From an uncultured delta proteobacterium (GTDB lineage: Bacteria > Desulfobacterota > Zymogenia > Zymogenales > Zymogenaceae): a stretch of DNA of 64,000 nt. Shown here piece after piece: positions 20,556-30,853 of this stretch; position 1 is the first letter of the stretch, and the number at the start of each line of letters is the position of its first letter. Below the pieces are notes generated by a model. It was not told the DNA's origin, ran no database searches, and worked only from the letters and a program-made list of their open reading frames with translations. The translations under genes were made by a program, and so were the position numbers. Location: assembly GCA_963735595.1 (NCBI GenBank), contig CAVTLK010000001.1, positions 64,001 to 128,000 of the forward strand. The letters run 5' to 3'.

Positions 20556-20960
20556 ATGATCAAGAAGACCGAGCTGACAAGTGATAAGCTACCCGTTATG
20601 GGGTTCCCCTGGGCGCTGTCGGTAACCGGCGCGAGCCAGCTGGTATTTGTGTCGGGCGTCCCGCCGATGAACGAGATGAGGAAGGTCGTTATCTCCGACG
20701 CCTACGATCAGTTCGCCTATGAGCTTGAACGGATCAAGGAAATACTGACCGCGGCGGAAATGGGGCTTGGCGATATCGTCTACCTGACCGTAACGGTTAC
20801 CGAGAAGGCACAGCTTTACGATAACTGGAACCGGTTCGTCGAGATATGGGGTCGGTATTTCCCCGAAAGGCCGGGCCCGGCCGGGGGCACGCTCAGGATT
20901 GTTTCCGGGCTTTCCCATCCCAAGATGATGGTTGAAGTCGAGGCGATCGCTGCACGGTGA
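20556..20960 (+). CDS. RidA/YjgF family protein
   Basis: LVFVSG, C-terminal MVEVEAIA; 134 aa. Confidence 0.85.
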   Translation: MIKKTELTSDKLPVMGFPWALSVTGASQLVFVSGVPPMNEMRKVVISDAYDQFAYELERIKEILTAAEMGLGDIVYLTVTVTEKAQLYDNWNRFVEIWGRYFPERPGPAGGTLRIVSGLSHPKMMVEVEAIAAR

Positions 20961-20990
20961 TCTGTTTGAACAGGCGAAAACGGATAATGT

Positions 20991-21959
20991 ATGATACAGG
21001 TAGAACACCTCACGAAGAAATTCGACGATGTGGTAGCGGTAAACGACATCTCGTTTGTCGTCAAGGAAGGGGAGTCCTTCGGGTTTCTCGGCCCCAACGG
21101 GGCCGGTAAGACCACGACCATCAGGATATTGACCACGCTCCTTCCGCCCACGTCGGGTGCGGCCCGGATCGGAGGGCTGGACGTCACGAAGGCATCCAAC
21201 CGGGTTCGAGAGAAAATCGGCATTATATTCCAGGACCCGAGCCTCGATGAGCGACTTACGGCCTACGAGAACCTCTACTTCCACGCGGCGCTCTACCGGG
21301 TTCCGCGAAGACAGATCAGTTCAAGGATCGACAAGGCCCTGGAGATGGTCGAGCTTTCGACCTCCCGCCACAAGATCGTCAAGACCTTCTCGGGTGGGAT
21401 GAAGCGGAGGCTCGAGATTGCCAGGGGGTTCCTGCATTTGCCGCGGGTCCTCTTCCTGGACGAGCCGACCATCGGGCTGGATCCCCAGACAAGGAAGGTC
21501 ATCTGGGAATACATCAACGAGCTGAAGCGCAACTTCGGGGTTACGCTCTTTCTAACTACCCATTATATGGAGGAGGCCGACGATTCCGACCGTGTAGGCA
21601 TCATCCACCAGGGTAAACTCGTATCGCTCGATTCGCCCGACAGGTTGAAGCGCAAAATGGGGGGGGCGACGATCGTGCTTGTTTCAAAGGATGAAAACCA
21701 GCGGAAGCTCAAAGAGCTGAAGGTCCGATTTAAAGCGGTTAACGAGCATATCTATATTGCGGTTGCGGAGCGGTTCATCGCAACAGGATACTCTCATACA
21801 ATGATCGACGCAAGCATTAACCTCGACGAGATGGTGATAACGCAACCGACCCTTGAGGACGTCTTCATAAAACTAACCGGAAGCGCCATCCGCGATGAGG
21901 AGGCAGGCCCCATGGATCACCTGAGGGTGGTGCGGCGGGTCAGGGGGAAAAACCGATGA
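20991..21959 (+). CDS. ABC-2 exporter ATP-binding subunit (DrrA-like)
   Basis: GPNGAGKTT, FSGGMKRRLEIA, LDEPT, PTLEDVF. Confidence 0.95.
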   Translation: MIQVEHLTKKFDDVVAVNDISFVVKEGESFGFLGPNGAGKTTTIRILTTLLPPTSGAARIGGLDVTKASNRVREKIGIIFQDPSLDERLTAYENLYFHAALYRVPRRQISSRIDKALEMVELSTSRHKIVKTFSGGMKRRLEIARGFLHLPRVLFLDEPTIGLDPQTRKVIWEYINELKRNFGVTLFLTTHYMEEADDSDRVGIIHQGKLVSLDSPDRLKRKMGGATIVLVSKDENQRKLKELKVRFKAVNEHIYIAVAERFIATGYSHTMIDASINLDEMVITQPTLEDVFIKLTGSAIRDEEAGPMDHLRVVRRVRGKNR

Positions 21960-22717
21960 TGGGATTTGTCGGGAAGTTCCTGTACGGCTCATTCATTATA
22001 TGGCAGCGCGATATCAAACGAATGCTGCGCGATAAGCACCAGTTCTACGGATCGTTCGCCCGGCCGGTGCTCTGGCTCCTCGTGCTGGGCATGGGTTTGA
22101 GGCCGGTCTTCAAGGAAAACGGCGGGGTAGACTATCTCCAATTTATCTTTCCGGGCATCGTGGCCATGTCGTTGATCTTCTCGGCCATGTGGTCGGGCAT
22201 ATCCATTATATGGGATCGAGAGTTCGGTTTTCTCAAGGAGATCCTGGTTGCCCCGATTCCGCGCACGTCCATCGTTACGGGAAAGATCATGGGAGGCGCA
22301 ACTCAGGCGATGGTTCAGGGAGGCATTACGCTCCTCTTTGCTCCGCTGATCGGGGTAAAAATAACTCTCGCCGGGTTTTTTGCGCTCCTGGGGATCATGC
22401 TGATTATCTCGTTTGCCTTGTCTTCAATGGGCATCGCGCTGGCAAGCAGGATCTACAGCTACGAGGGATTCGGGACGATCAGCAACTTCGTCATCATGCC
22501 TCTCTTCTTCTTATCGGGGGCCGTCTATCCGGTACAGACACTGCCGTCCTGGCTCAAGGTGATCGTGAGCCTCAATCCGGTGACCTACGGAGTTGACCTG
22601 ATGCGGGGGGCGGTCTTAGGGGTATTTCAGTTCTCGATATTTCTTGACCTGCTGTACATAACGGGGTTTGGGGTAATCATGGCAATGCTGGCGGTTTTCC
22701 TTTTCAGGAGATATTAG
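21956..22717 (+). CDS. ABC-2 exporter permease
   Basis: WDREFGFLKEILVAP, FFLSGAVYP, NPVTYGVD. Confidence 0.93.
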   Translation: MMGFVGKFLYGSFIIWQRDIKRMLRDKHQFYGSFARPVLWLLVLGMGLRPVFKENGGVDYLQFIFPGIVAMSLIFSAMWSGISIIWDREFGFLKEILVAPIPRTSIVTGKIMGGATQAMVQGGITLLFAPLIGVKITLAGFFALLGIMLIISFALSSMGIALASRIYSYEGFGTISNFVIMPLFFLSGAVYPVQTLPSWLKVIVSLNPVTYGVDLMRGAVLGVFQFSIFLDLLYITGFGVIMAMLAVFLFRRY

Positions 22718-22771
22718 CAGCCGGCGTCTCGGTTATTTCGGCATGCTGGATGATCCGCGTGGGAGTTATCT

Positions 22772-23044
22772 ATGAGCCTTTTTGAGATTATTATGCTGAT
22801 TTGCTTCGGGAGCGCATGGCCGTTTTCAATTTACAAATCCTGGACTGCGCGGACGAACAAGGGCAAGAGCCTCTGGTTCCTGGCGATCGTGTTAGCAGGG
22901 TACGTCTCCGGTATAATCCACAAGATTCAGTACAACTACGACCCGGTGGTATTCCTGTACGCGCTGAACGGCTCGATGGTATTGATTGATATGACGATCT
23001 ATGCGAGAAACCGGCGTCTTCATCGGCTGCTTCCGGCCGGTTGA
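22772..23044 (+). CDS. small 3-TM PQ-loop-like membrane protein
   Basis: FEIIMLICFGSAWPFSIYKS...KGKS; SD GGAG. Confidence 0.7.
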   Translation: MSLFEIIMLICFGSAWPFSIYKSWTARTNKGKSLWFLAIVLAGYVSGIIHKIQYNYDPVVFLYALNGSMVLIDMTIYARNRRLHRLLPAG

Positions 23045-23130
23045 GACGGCCGGCAATCCTGCGATACCCGCAATAGAATTATACTTGTTCCGGAGACGTA
23101 ACACCATTCGGAATACGGCGGGCCGGTGTT

Positions 23131-24253
23131 TTAGGACGATTCGTGCCCCGATGCCGATGCCATGAGGTAGGTCTCAATGAATCGATCTATCTGGCCGTCC
23201 AGCACCGCGTCGACATTGCCAACCTCCATCCCGGTTCGATGATCCTTGACAAGCCGATAGGGCTGCAGGGTATACGTCCTGATTTGGCTACCCCACGCAA
23301 TCTCCTTTTTCTGGTGGTGGAGAACGTCCTGTTTGGCCCGCTCCTCATCGAGTTTCTTCTCGTAGAGGCGGGATTTGAGGATCTTCATGGCGGTTGCCTT
23401 GTTGCGGTGCTGGGACTTCTCGTTACTGCAGGTCACGACGATTCCGGTGGGAATATGGGTGATGCGGACGGCGCTGTCGGTCTTGTTGACGTGCTGGCCA
23501 CCGGCACCGGATGCGCGAAACGTGTCGATCCGAAGGTCACTCTCGTTTACCTCAATCTCAAAATCCTCGTCAATCTCCGGAGATACGGAGACGGAGGCAA
23601 ACGAGGTATGCCGGCGTTTACCGGTATCAAAAGGGGAGATACGTATCAGACGGTGGACACCGTTTTCGGCCTTCATGAGTCCGTATGCGTATTTGCCCTC
23701 CAGCAGAAAGGTAACGTTCTTGATCCCGGCCTCGTCGCCGGGAAGCAGGTTGACGACCTCGAGATGGTAGCCCTTTGTTTCGGACCAGCGGCTGTACATC
23801 CGGAAGAGCATTTCGGCCCAATCCTGGGCTTCGGTTCCGCCGGCTCCGGAGTTGATCAAGACAATTGCCGAGAGCACATCGTCCTGCTCGGAAAGCATCC
23901 GCTTGGTTTCCATGGTCGAAAACGCCGCCTCGAGATTGGATAGCTTCTGCTTGATTTCCTCTGCTGCCGCGGACTCACCATCGCGATACATATCCATAAG
24001 GATGCCGAGCTCCTCGATATCGGTCTCCCGGGCGGCAAGCCAGCCGAGCTGGTCCTGGATGGTGTTCTTTTCTTTTGGAAAGCGATGAGCGTTTTCGGGA
24101 TCGTTCCAGAAATCCGGCGCGGACATCATCGATTCGAGCTCAGTGAGCCTTTGTTTCAGGACGTCCGGTTCAAAGATACCTCCGAAGGATGGCGAGCCGA
24201 TCCTCATACGATTCGTAGGTCTGGTTCAGGTCAAGGGGAAGATCCGATGCCAT
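23131..24253 (-). CDS. prfB: peptide chain release factor 2 with programmed +1 frameshift
   Basis: GGQ and SPF motifs; 27-codon first ORF MASDL...RRYL ends GGAGGT-AT-CTT-TGA-A (CTT TGA A at 24175-24169). Confidence 0.97.
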
Positions 24254-24254
24254 A

Positions 24255-25862
24255 CTATTTCCTCCGTTTCTTTTTTCCGAGTAGGCGGTACGCGTGTACG
24301 ATAAAGGGGGTAAAGAATACCGCGGTTATCAATTGTGCGAAGACGTCACCGAACCGGGTATAAAAGGTTAGCCGCGGTTTCGGAATAACCTCGCCCAAGG
24401 CGACGGTTCGCGTGAAAATGTCCGTCCTGATTTCGTCTTTTCCCGTAGGATCGACAATGGTGCTGATGCCGGTATTGGCGGCGCGGACCAGAAAAAGCCG
24501 TGTCTCTATGGAGCGCAGCCTGGCCATCGAAAAGTGCTGATAGGGTGCGCTGGTCGTCCCGAACCAGGCATCGTTCGTTATATTGACCAGAAGGCAGGCG
24601 CCGTTTCTCGCAAAGATCCGGGCAGATTCCGGGAAGATCGCTTCGTAACATATCAGGGTTCCCACGGGGCCGATGGCCGTCGGGATAGGATCGGTGATCG
24701 TTCCCATGGAAAAATCGCCGGCGGCGCCCTTTGCGAGCTTGTCGACAAAGAAGAAAAACCGCCTCATAGGAACGTATTCCACGAAGGGAACCAGGTGAAT
24801 CTTATCGTATCGGCCGACTATTTTACCGTCCTCAGAGAGGAGATAGGCCCGATTATAGTATTTTATCGTCCCCGCCTCGTCCTCGTACGCCGGGGTGCCG
24901 AAGAGGAGGGGAGCGCCGGCGAGGCGGGGCAGCTCCTCCACCCGCGGCCGGAAGATCGGATGATTCTGGAAAAAGAAGGGGGTCGCGGTTTCAGGCCATA
25001 CGACGAGGGAAGGCTTATGAGGGGCCGAGGCCAGCGTCATATCCTCATAGATCGTCATTGACTCTTCCTGGAAGGTAGGGTCCCATTTTAGATCCTGGCG
25101 GATGTTCGGCTGAACAAGGGCCACCTCCACCGGCGTCCCCGCCCGCATAATCGCCTGTTCCCGCTTAATCGCAAAGATACCGTATATAACCAGGACGGCC
25201 ACCAGGAGAGCCGATACGGTTGTTTCCGCCAGGGGGAAACGCCCTGATCGCCGGGCGAAGTGCTCAATGATCAGAAAGAACGCCGCGTTGACGGCCACAA
25301 CCACGAACGAGACACCGAATACGCCGGTAATATCCAGAACCTGCATGAGGGTGAGCCAGGGAAGCTGTGACTGCCCTATCAGACCCCACGGAAACCCGGT
25401 AATGAAAAACGACCTGAGATATTCGAGGAAGACAAAGGCAATAGGTGCCGAGACGAACACTGACAGCCCCAGGCGCTCACGCGTCCATGCCACGAAGGCG
25501 GCAAACAGGCCAAGGTATAACGAGATATAGGAGACCAAGAGGAGCATAAATACGACGGCCAGCCCAACGGATATCCCCCCGTATACGGAGACGGGATACA
25601 CCGTCCAATATAGGATACCGATATAGGCCGTCAGTCCGAAGACGAGCCCCAGGAGGGAGGCTTTCTCCGGCGCCTTGTCGCGTATAACGAAAAGGAGGGG
25701 GATCAGGCAGATCCAGGCCAGGATAAAGAGCCCGGCTTTCGGAAACGACAGGGCCATCAATATTCCGCCGATAACGCAGAGGAATACGTCGTAAAAGCTG
25801 ATTTTCCCGGTTCTTGTCAACGGACCGGCGGTACCGGATTTCTGTCTCGTCTGCTTTTTCAT
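24255..25862 (-). CDS. lnt: apolipoprotein N-acyltransferase
   Basis: TGFPW, VQPNI, WPETA, YDKIHLVPF, ICYEAIF, NDAWFG, RAANTGIS. Confidence 0.95.
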   Translation of the reverse strand: MKKQTRQKSGTAGPLTRTGKISFYDVFLCVIGGILMALSFPKAGLFILAWICLIPLLFVIRDKAPEKASLLGLVFGLTAYIGILYWTVYPVSVYGGISVGLAVVFMLLLVSYISLYLGLFAAFVAWTRERLGLSVFVSAPIAFVFLEYLRSFFITGFPWGLIGQSQLPWLTLMQVLDITGVFGVSFVVVAVNAAFFLIIEHFARRSGRFPLAETTVSALLVAVLVIYGIFAIKREQAIMRAGTPVEVALVQPNIRQDLKWDPTFQEESMTIYEDMTLASAPHKPSLVVWPETATPFFFQNHPIFRPRVEELPRLAGAPLLFGTPAYEDEAGTIKYYNRAYLLSEDGKIVGRYDKIHLVPFVEYVPMRRFFFFVDKLAKGAAGDFSMGTITDPIPTAIGPVGTLICYEAIFPESARIFARNGACLLVNITNDAWFGTTSAPYQHFSMARLRSIETRLFLVRAANTGISTIVDPTGKDEIRTDIFTRTVALGEVIPKPRLTFYTRFGDVFAQLITAVFFTPFIVHAYRLLGKKKRRK

Positions 25863-25881
25863 TGGAACAAAAAGCCCCCGC

Positions 25882-26337
25882 TCATGAAGTGATATCTATG
25901 CCTATGCGTGATAGCAGTTCCCGTTCCCTTGACTCCATTGAGTTGCGGTCCTGGTCGGTTGCCCCTTCTTGCTGGTCGTGAATACACCCGAGGAGGTGAA
26001 GAAGGCCGTGAACACACAGGATAATGATCTCATCGGTAATGCTAACTCCCCGAATCTCCGATTGGCGTTTAGCGGCGTCTATATTGACGGCAATGTCCCC
26101 GAGAATATCGGGGCCGACGGGAAAGGCATGCTCCACTCCGAAGGATATGACGTTTGTTGTGCCGGTTCTTCCGAGGTAGCGCCGGTTATAGTCGGTTATG
26201 CCGGTGTCGTCGGTCAACAGTATTGACAGCTCGCTAGTGCCCCTTCCCAGGTGTTCGAGCAGTCCCTGCATTTTTGTGGTTATTGTTTTTCCTGTTATTC
26301 GCTGAGGGTGCCTCTCTTTTGTAAGGAGCACTGTCAC
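25882..26337 (-). CDS. ybeY: rRNA maturation endoribonuclease YbeY
   Basis: TNVISF, LGDI, HGLLHLLGCIH; probable GTG start at 26337 after an SD-like sequence. Confidence 0.88.
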   Translation of the reverse strand: MTVLLTKERHPQRITGKTITTKMQGLLEHLGRGTSELSILLTDDTGITDYNRRYLGRTGTTNVISFGVEHAFPVGPDILGDIAVNIDAAKRQSEIRGVSITDEIIILCVHGLLHLLGCIHDQQEGATDQDRNSMESRERELLSRIGIDITS

Positions 26338-28708
26338 CGTTGTTCCTCTCCTTGTATGATTCCTCGAATTCTTCGTCAATGACCGGCACGGGGTAGTCGA
26401 TGCGCTGGTGAAAGATACCGTTGAGCACCTTAGTGAAACTCTTTCCGATGGCGTCCAGGTCCTTCAAGGTAAGCTCACACTGGTCAAGCTGACCGTCGAG
26501 AAAGAGGCGGTTGATGATACTCTGGACCATCCCCTCAACCCTCGACGGTGAGGGATCGACCAGGACCTTGCTCGCGGCCTCGACGTTGTCGGCAAGGAGC
26601 ACGATTCCCGCTTCGCGCGTTTGAGGTTTTGGGCCGGGGTAGCGGAAGTGTTTTTCATCGACCGGTCTCTCTTTGGCATCTTCTGATTCCCTGGCCTTCT
26701 GAAAAAAGAAGTTCATGAGGTGGGTGCCGTGGTGCTGCTTGATGATATCGATAATCTCGGAACCGAGCCGGTACTTTTTGCCCATATCCACGCCTTCCTT
26801 GACGTGGGAAATGATTATCAGACCCGACATGTGGGGGGTTAACCTATCATGGGGATTACGCTCGTTTCTGATATTTTCAATAAAGTAGTTCGGCTTGTTT
26901 ATTTTCCCGATGTCATGGTAGTAGGAGCTGACCCTGGCAAGGAGCGGATTGACGCCGATAGCCGTCGAACCGGCCTCCGCGAGCGTCCCTACGATAATGC
27001 TGTGGTGATACGTCCCCGGAGCGGAAATTATCATCTCCTTGAGCAGGGGATGTTCCAGGTTGCTGAGCTCAACCAGCTTGATATCGGTGATATAGCCGAA
27101 CGCGGCCTCCACAAGCGGCGTGACGCCCAGAACAATCACGGAAGAGATTATACCGCCGGCAAAACCCATCACCATATCGAAGACTATCGTCTTGAAATCC
27201 GATCCGATACTGGAAAGGACATCGGTCGACAGCAGATTGAGGCGGGATAGATAGATCACGAAAATCAACAGCGCGTTCATAAGACCCACGAGCAACCCGG
27301 CGTTGACGATCGTCGAGCGCTGCTTTGTCTGGGCTACAAGATGGGAGCCCAGAATCGAACCGATAAAGATATAGACGGTAAAGAAGATGTCGCCGCCGAT
27401 GATGATCCCGGTGAACGCGCTCACGATGATCGAATAGATGACGGCGACCTCGGAGTTGAGAACGATCCTCACCAGCATCGCGCCCGCGACGATAGGAGCG
27501 GCGTACTTATACGATACGTCGGGAATAACCGTGAAGGTATCGGCCACCGAACCTGATATGAAGATAAAGAAGCGGGTAAGGGCGCAAAATAGGAGCGCAA
27601 CGACCCCCAGGAGAAGGAGGTCCCTGTTGGTCAGGTTAAACTTTTTGATATTCCTGGTAGCAAAGAGATACGTGCAATAAATAATAATCCCGATAAAAAG
27701 AAAGATCCCGCAGTAAGCGAGGAGGATATTGTAATCGTTTTGCGATTCAATAATTCCCTCGAAAATCGTCAGGTGGTATTTGAGGACCTTGGCGCCGTCC
27801 CGGATGATCATCTCTCCCTTCTTGATGGAAATCGTGACCGGTTTTACGCCTTCCGCCGCCAGATGCCGGCGTCGATCGGTCTCAAGGAAGTTAAAGGTAA
27901 CGTTTGGTTTTACCAGGTATGTCGCCACGTCGCGCGCTAAAGAGACAGTCCGCCCTGGAAATTTTGAGTAGAGGGAGTTAGACTTCTTTTCGATAAGCTT
28001 CTTGGCATCGTTGAGCTCGACGATTTCATCAACGTTACGCAAGAGCGTTTCCGATTTCGTCTGGTCATCGATAATGACTATGCCGTTTTTCTTGATCTCG
28101 GGGACGATCGTAGCGTAGGAGGCGACGATGTACCGGCTGTAAAGGCCGTCCAGAAGCTGCTTGAGTGCGGCGTCTATCTGAGGCCTAAACCGTTGGCTCT
28201 TGAGCTCCAGGAATATCTCGTCGGGCAGCTGGGTCCCGATGAGATCAAAGAAGTCGGTACGATTCCGATCAAAGAGGGCGTCGCGGTTTTCGTCATTCTG
28301 TGTTTCGGCGGCGATTTCTCTCATGTGTCCGAATGCGGAGTTTATGCGTCCGAAGGTTCTTGTCTGGGCGTTTACATCGAGGTCGTAAACCGCGGGTATC
28401 TTGCTGGCGGCCTCTTCCCTGAGTTCCTTGGTGGCCACCTTGTCGGTGATCAGGTAATCCCGGTTGGCCTTGATATCGGTCGTCGAAAAGTCACCTATCT
28501 CGTAGGAGAGATTGGGCATCCGGGAGCTCGGGTTGATGACGAGAGCCATGAGGGTTACAAAGGTTACGAACATCAACAACCGCTGGATGCGCGGGTTGCG
28601 ATACGTCTCCTGGTCTATGAGTATCGTCAGGGGCTTGAAGAGCTTGCTTTCGTTGAGCTTCTTCATCAGCAGCCAGTAGGCCCGAGACAGGTTAGTCTTG
28701 AATTTCAT
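26234..28708 (-). CDS. 7TM-HD phosphohydrolase (PgpH/YqfF family)
   Basis: large extracytoplasmic domain, 7 TMs, [33 protein letters not shown]. Confidence 0.92.
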   Translation of the reverse strand: MKFKTNLSRAYWLLMKKLNESKLFKPLTILIDQETYRNPRIQRLLMFVTFVTLMALVINPSSRMPNLSYEIGDFSTTDIKANRDYLITDKVATKELREEAASKIPAVYDLDVNAQTRTFGRINSAFGHMREIAAETQNDENRDALFDRNRTDFFDLIGTQLPDEIFLELKSQRFRPQIDAALKQLLDGLYSRYIVASYATIVPEIKKNGIVIIDDQTKSETLLRNVDEIVELNDAKKLIEKKSNSLYSKFPGRTVSLARDVATYLVKPNVTFNFLETDRRRHLAAEGVKPVTISIKKGEMIIRDGAKVLKYHLTIFEGIIESQNDYNILLAYCGIFLFIGIIIYCTYLFATRNIKKFNLTNRDLLLLGVVALLFCALTRFFIFISGSVADTFTVIPDVSYKYAAPIVAGAMLVRIVLNSEVAVIYSIIVSAFTGIIIGGDIFFTVYIFIGSILGSHLVAQTKQRSTIVNAGLLVGLMNALLIFVIYLSRLNLLSTDVLSSIGSDFKTIVFDMVMGFAGGIISSVIVLGVTPLVEAAFGYITDIKLVELSNLEHPLLKEMIISAPGTYHHSIIVGTLAEAGSTAIGVNPLLARVSSYYHDIGKINKPNYFIENIRNERNPHDRLTPHMSGLIIISHVKEGVDMGKKYRLGSEIIDIIKQHHGTHLMNFFFQKARESEDAKERPVDEKHFRYPGPKPQTREAGIVLLADNVEAASKVLVDPSPSRVEGMVQSIINRLFLDGQLDQCELTLKDLDAIGKSFTKVLNGIFHQRIDYPVPVIDEEFEESYKERNNGDSAPYKREAPSANNRKNNNHKNAGTARTPGKGH

Positions 28709-29690
28709 TGGAATCGGTATTTCTTTCCTTTTTATGGTTATCTTTGTTATCGTAGGCCTTGATGATCTCGCGGACGAGCCGATGACGGACTACGTCGGTA
28801 TCGGTAAAGTAGCAGAATTTTATCCCTTCAATGTCCGTGAGGATTTCGTTGGCCTGCACCAGTCCGGACCGCTTCCCGTCGGGGAGATCGATCTGGGTTA
28901 TGTCTCCAGTTATGACCGTCTTGGAATTGAAACCAAGCCGTGTCAGGAACATCTTCATTTGCTCGCCCGTGGTGTTCTGGGCCTCGTCTAAAACTATAAA
29001 CGAATCGTTGAGAGTCCTGCCCCTCATAAAGGCCAGGGGGGCCACTTCAATAATTCCCTTGTTTACGAGTCTCTGGGCCTGATCGAAGTCCATCATGTCG
29101 TGAAGGGCATCATAAAGAGGGCGAAGGTACGGGTTGATCTTTTCATAAAGATCGCCGGGGAGAAAGCCGAGCTTCTCGCCCGCCTCCACTGCAGGCCGGG
29201 TCAGGATTATTCTATCGATTTTTCCTTTGGCGATCCAATCCATTGCCGTTGCCATAGCGAGATAGGTTTTTCCTGTCCCGGCCGGCCCGATGCCGAATAC
29301 GATATCATATTTTCGGATTGATTCTATATAGCGTTTCTGGGCGAGGCTCTTTGGTGTAATGTGACGCTTCTTTGCCGAGATATAGACTGTGTCCAGAAAG
29401 ATGTCCTTGAGATTTACTCGACGATTGGATTTGATAATGCGAAGGGCGAAATCGATATCGGGCGAAAAGACAGGATATCCCTTTTTAAGCAGATCATAGA
29501 GCTGTGTGAGGAGGTTACGGATGATTTCGACTTCATCCTTATCTCCCGAGATTACGACCGTGCCACCCCGAACGGAAATTCTTGTTCCGGTGTCTCTCTC
29601 GATAAGAGACAGGTGATTGTTGTTTTCTCCAAAGAGCGCACGCGCAAGATTATTATCGTCAAATTCGATTTTTGTCGTATTTTCCAACAA
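28692..29690 (-). CDS. phoH: PhoH-family ATPase
   Basis: [38 protein letters not shown]. Confidence 0.96.
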   Translation of the reverse strand: MLENTTKIEFDDNNLARALFGENNNHLSLIERDTGTRISVRGGTVVISGDKDEVEIIRNLLTQLYDLLKKGYPVFSPDIDFALRIIKSNRRVNLKDIFLDTVYISAKKRHITPKSLAQKRYIESIRKYDIVFGIGPAGTGKTYLAMATAMDWIAKGKIDRIILTRPAVEAGEKLGFLPGDLYEKINPYLRPLYDALHDMMDFDQAQRLVNKGIIEVAPLAFMRGRTLNDSFIVLDEAQNTTGEQMKMFLTRLGFNSKTVITGDITQIDLPDGKRSGLVQANEILTDIEGIKFCYFTDTDVVRHRLVREIIKAYDNKDNHKKERNTDSNEIQD

Positions 29691-29692
29691 TA

Positions 29693-30841
29693 TTACCTTG
29701 TTTCGAGCGTATAGTCCTGCAATGACGGCGTGTAGTCGAACAACGATTCCCAGCCGGGCCGTACGTCTTCGAGGTAGCCGCTGCCTGACAGCTCATCGAG
29801 GTCATCTGGATATCTCCCATTAAGGAGATAAAATGTGGAAAGAGGGTAGGTTATTGTATCTTTAATCGCGATATTTTGTGCTTTGTTAAAACTCATCCGT
29901 GTTTTGTCTGAAATAGAAAAATTGGAGACAATACGGGGATAGGAGAAGAACAGGAAGACGACCAGGATAAAGAAGATCCCGAAGAAGATACCTTTTAACA
30001 GGACATTATGGATAGAAACGGGGGCCGCCGCGTCCTTTCTCTCCTCGACCTCAAATGAAATATCTATAAGCTGTTTTTCCATCAGTGATACGAGGGCCTT
30101 GATGGTCTCAAACTCGCCAAGCCGTCCGATATTAATAATATCCTTTACGGTTTTGGTTCCGTCGACAAGATAAAACAGCTTCTTTTCCTCGGGCGTGATC
30201 ACCTTATCATCACTCTGCGCGTTTTTTTCCTCGGCGAATATTGAGTGCTCATCGACTCCTTCGGCATGTTCCAGAACCGTCCAGATCCCTATCTCCTCAT
30301 CGGCACCCGGCATTTTCTCAAAGACGAGATTGTAGGAATAGACCTTCCGTCTGAGGTCGGGAAGCTCGTCTATCATACGAAGACTATCCATGAGGAAATG
30401 CTCGGTATTTATCGGCTCAATCGCCTTCTTGTCATAGTTAATCAGACGCTGGTTAAAATAATAATCCCCCCGCTTCCAGGAAAGGAGTTTGAAGATCGTT
30501 TCGTGGGTCTGAAGTTTGAGAAAATGGCGCAGGTCGACGATCGAAATAAAGCCTGCCTCGATCAGGATATCGCCAAGCTTCCTGAGCGTCTCCCTCTGAA
30601 GCTCGAGGGCATTCGTCAATTGCTTGCGGGAAATCAGGTTAGCCTTTATAAGCATCTCACCGAGGTTTTCCTGTTCGGTCCTTTTCTTTAAATTGGCCGA
30701 TACGATTTGGCCCCTGTCGAAAAGGACATCGGCTTGATTATCTTTTTCTGAAATAGTCAGAATACCGCTCTTCTGCTGTTGATAGAGAAGCTGCAGTATG
30801 TCTACTACGGAAAAGTCTTTGATGTCGCCTTGAAGGGCCAC
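29693..30841 (-). CDS. DUF4388 domain membrane protein with MshEN-like repeat
   Basis: [19 protein letters not shown]...[20 protein letters not shown]...[13 protein letters not shown]-terminal TM. Confidence 0.8.
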   Translation of the reverse strand: MALQGDIKDFSVVDILQLLYQQQKSGILTISEKDNQADVLFDRGQIVSANLKKRTEQENLGEMLIKANLISRKQLTNALELQRETLRKLGDILIEAGFISIVDLRHFLKLQTHETIFKLLSWKRGDYYFNQRLINYDKKAIEPINTEHFLMDSLRMIDELPDLRRKVYSYNLVFEKMPGADEEIGIWTVLEHAEGVDEHSIFAEEKNAQSDDKVITPEEKKLFYLVDGTKTVKDIINIGRLGEFETIKALVSLMEKQLIDISFEVEERKDAAAPVSIHNVLLKGIFFGIFFILVVFLFFSYPRIVSNFSISDKTRMSFNKAQNIAIKDTITYPLSTFYLLNGRYPDDLDELSGSGYLEDVRPGWESLFDYTPSLQDYTLETR

Positions 30842-30853
30842 AACGCTCTCCTG

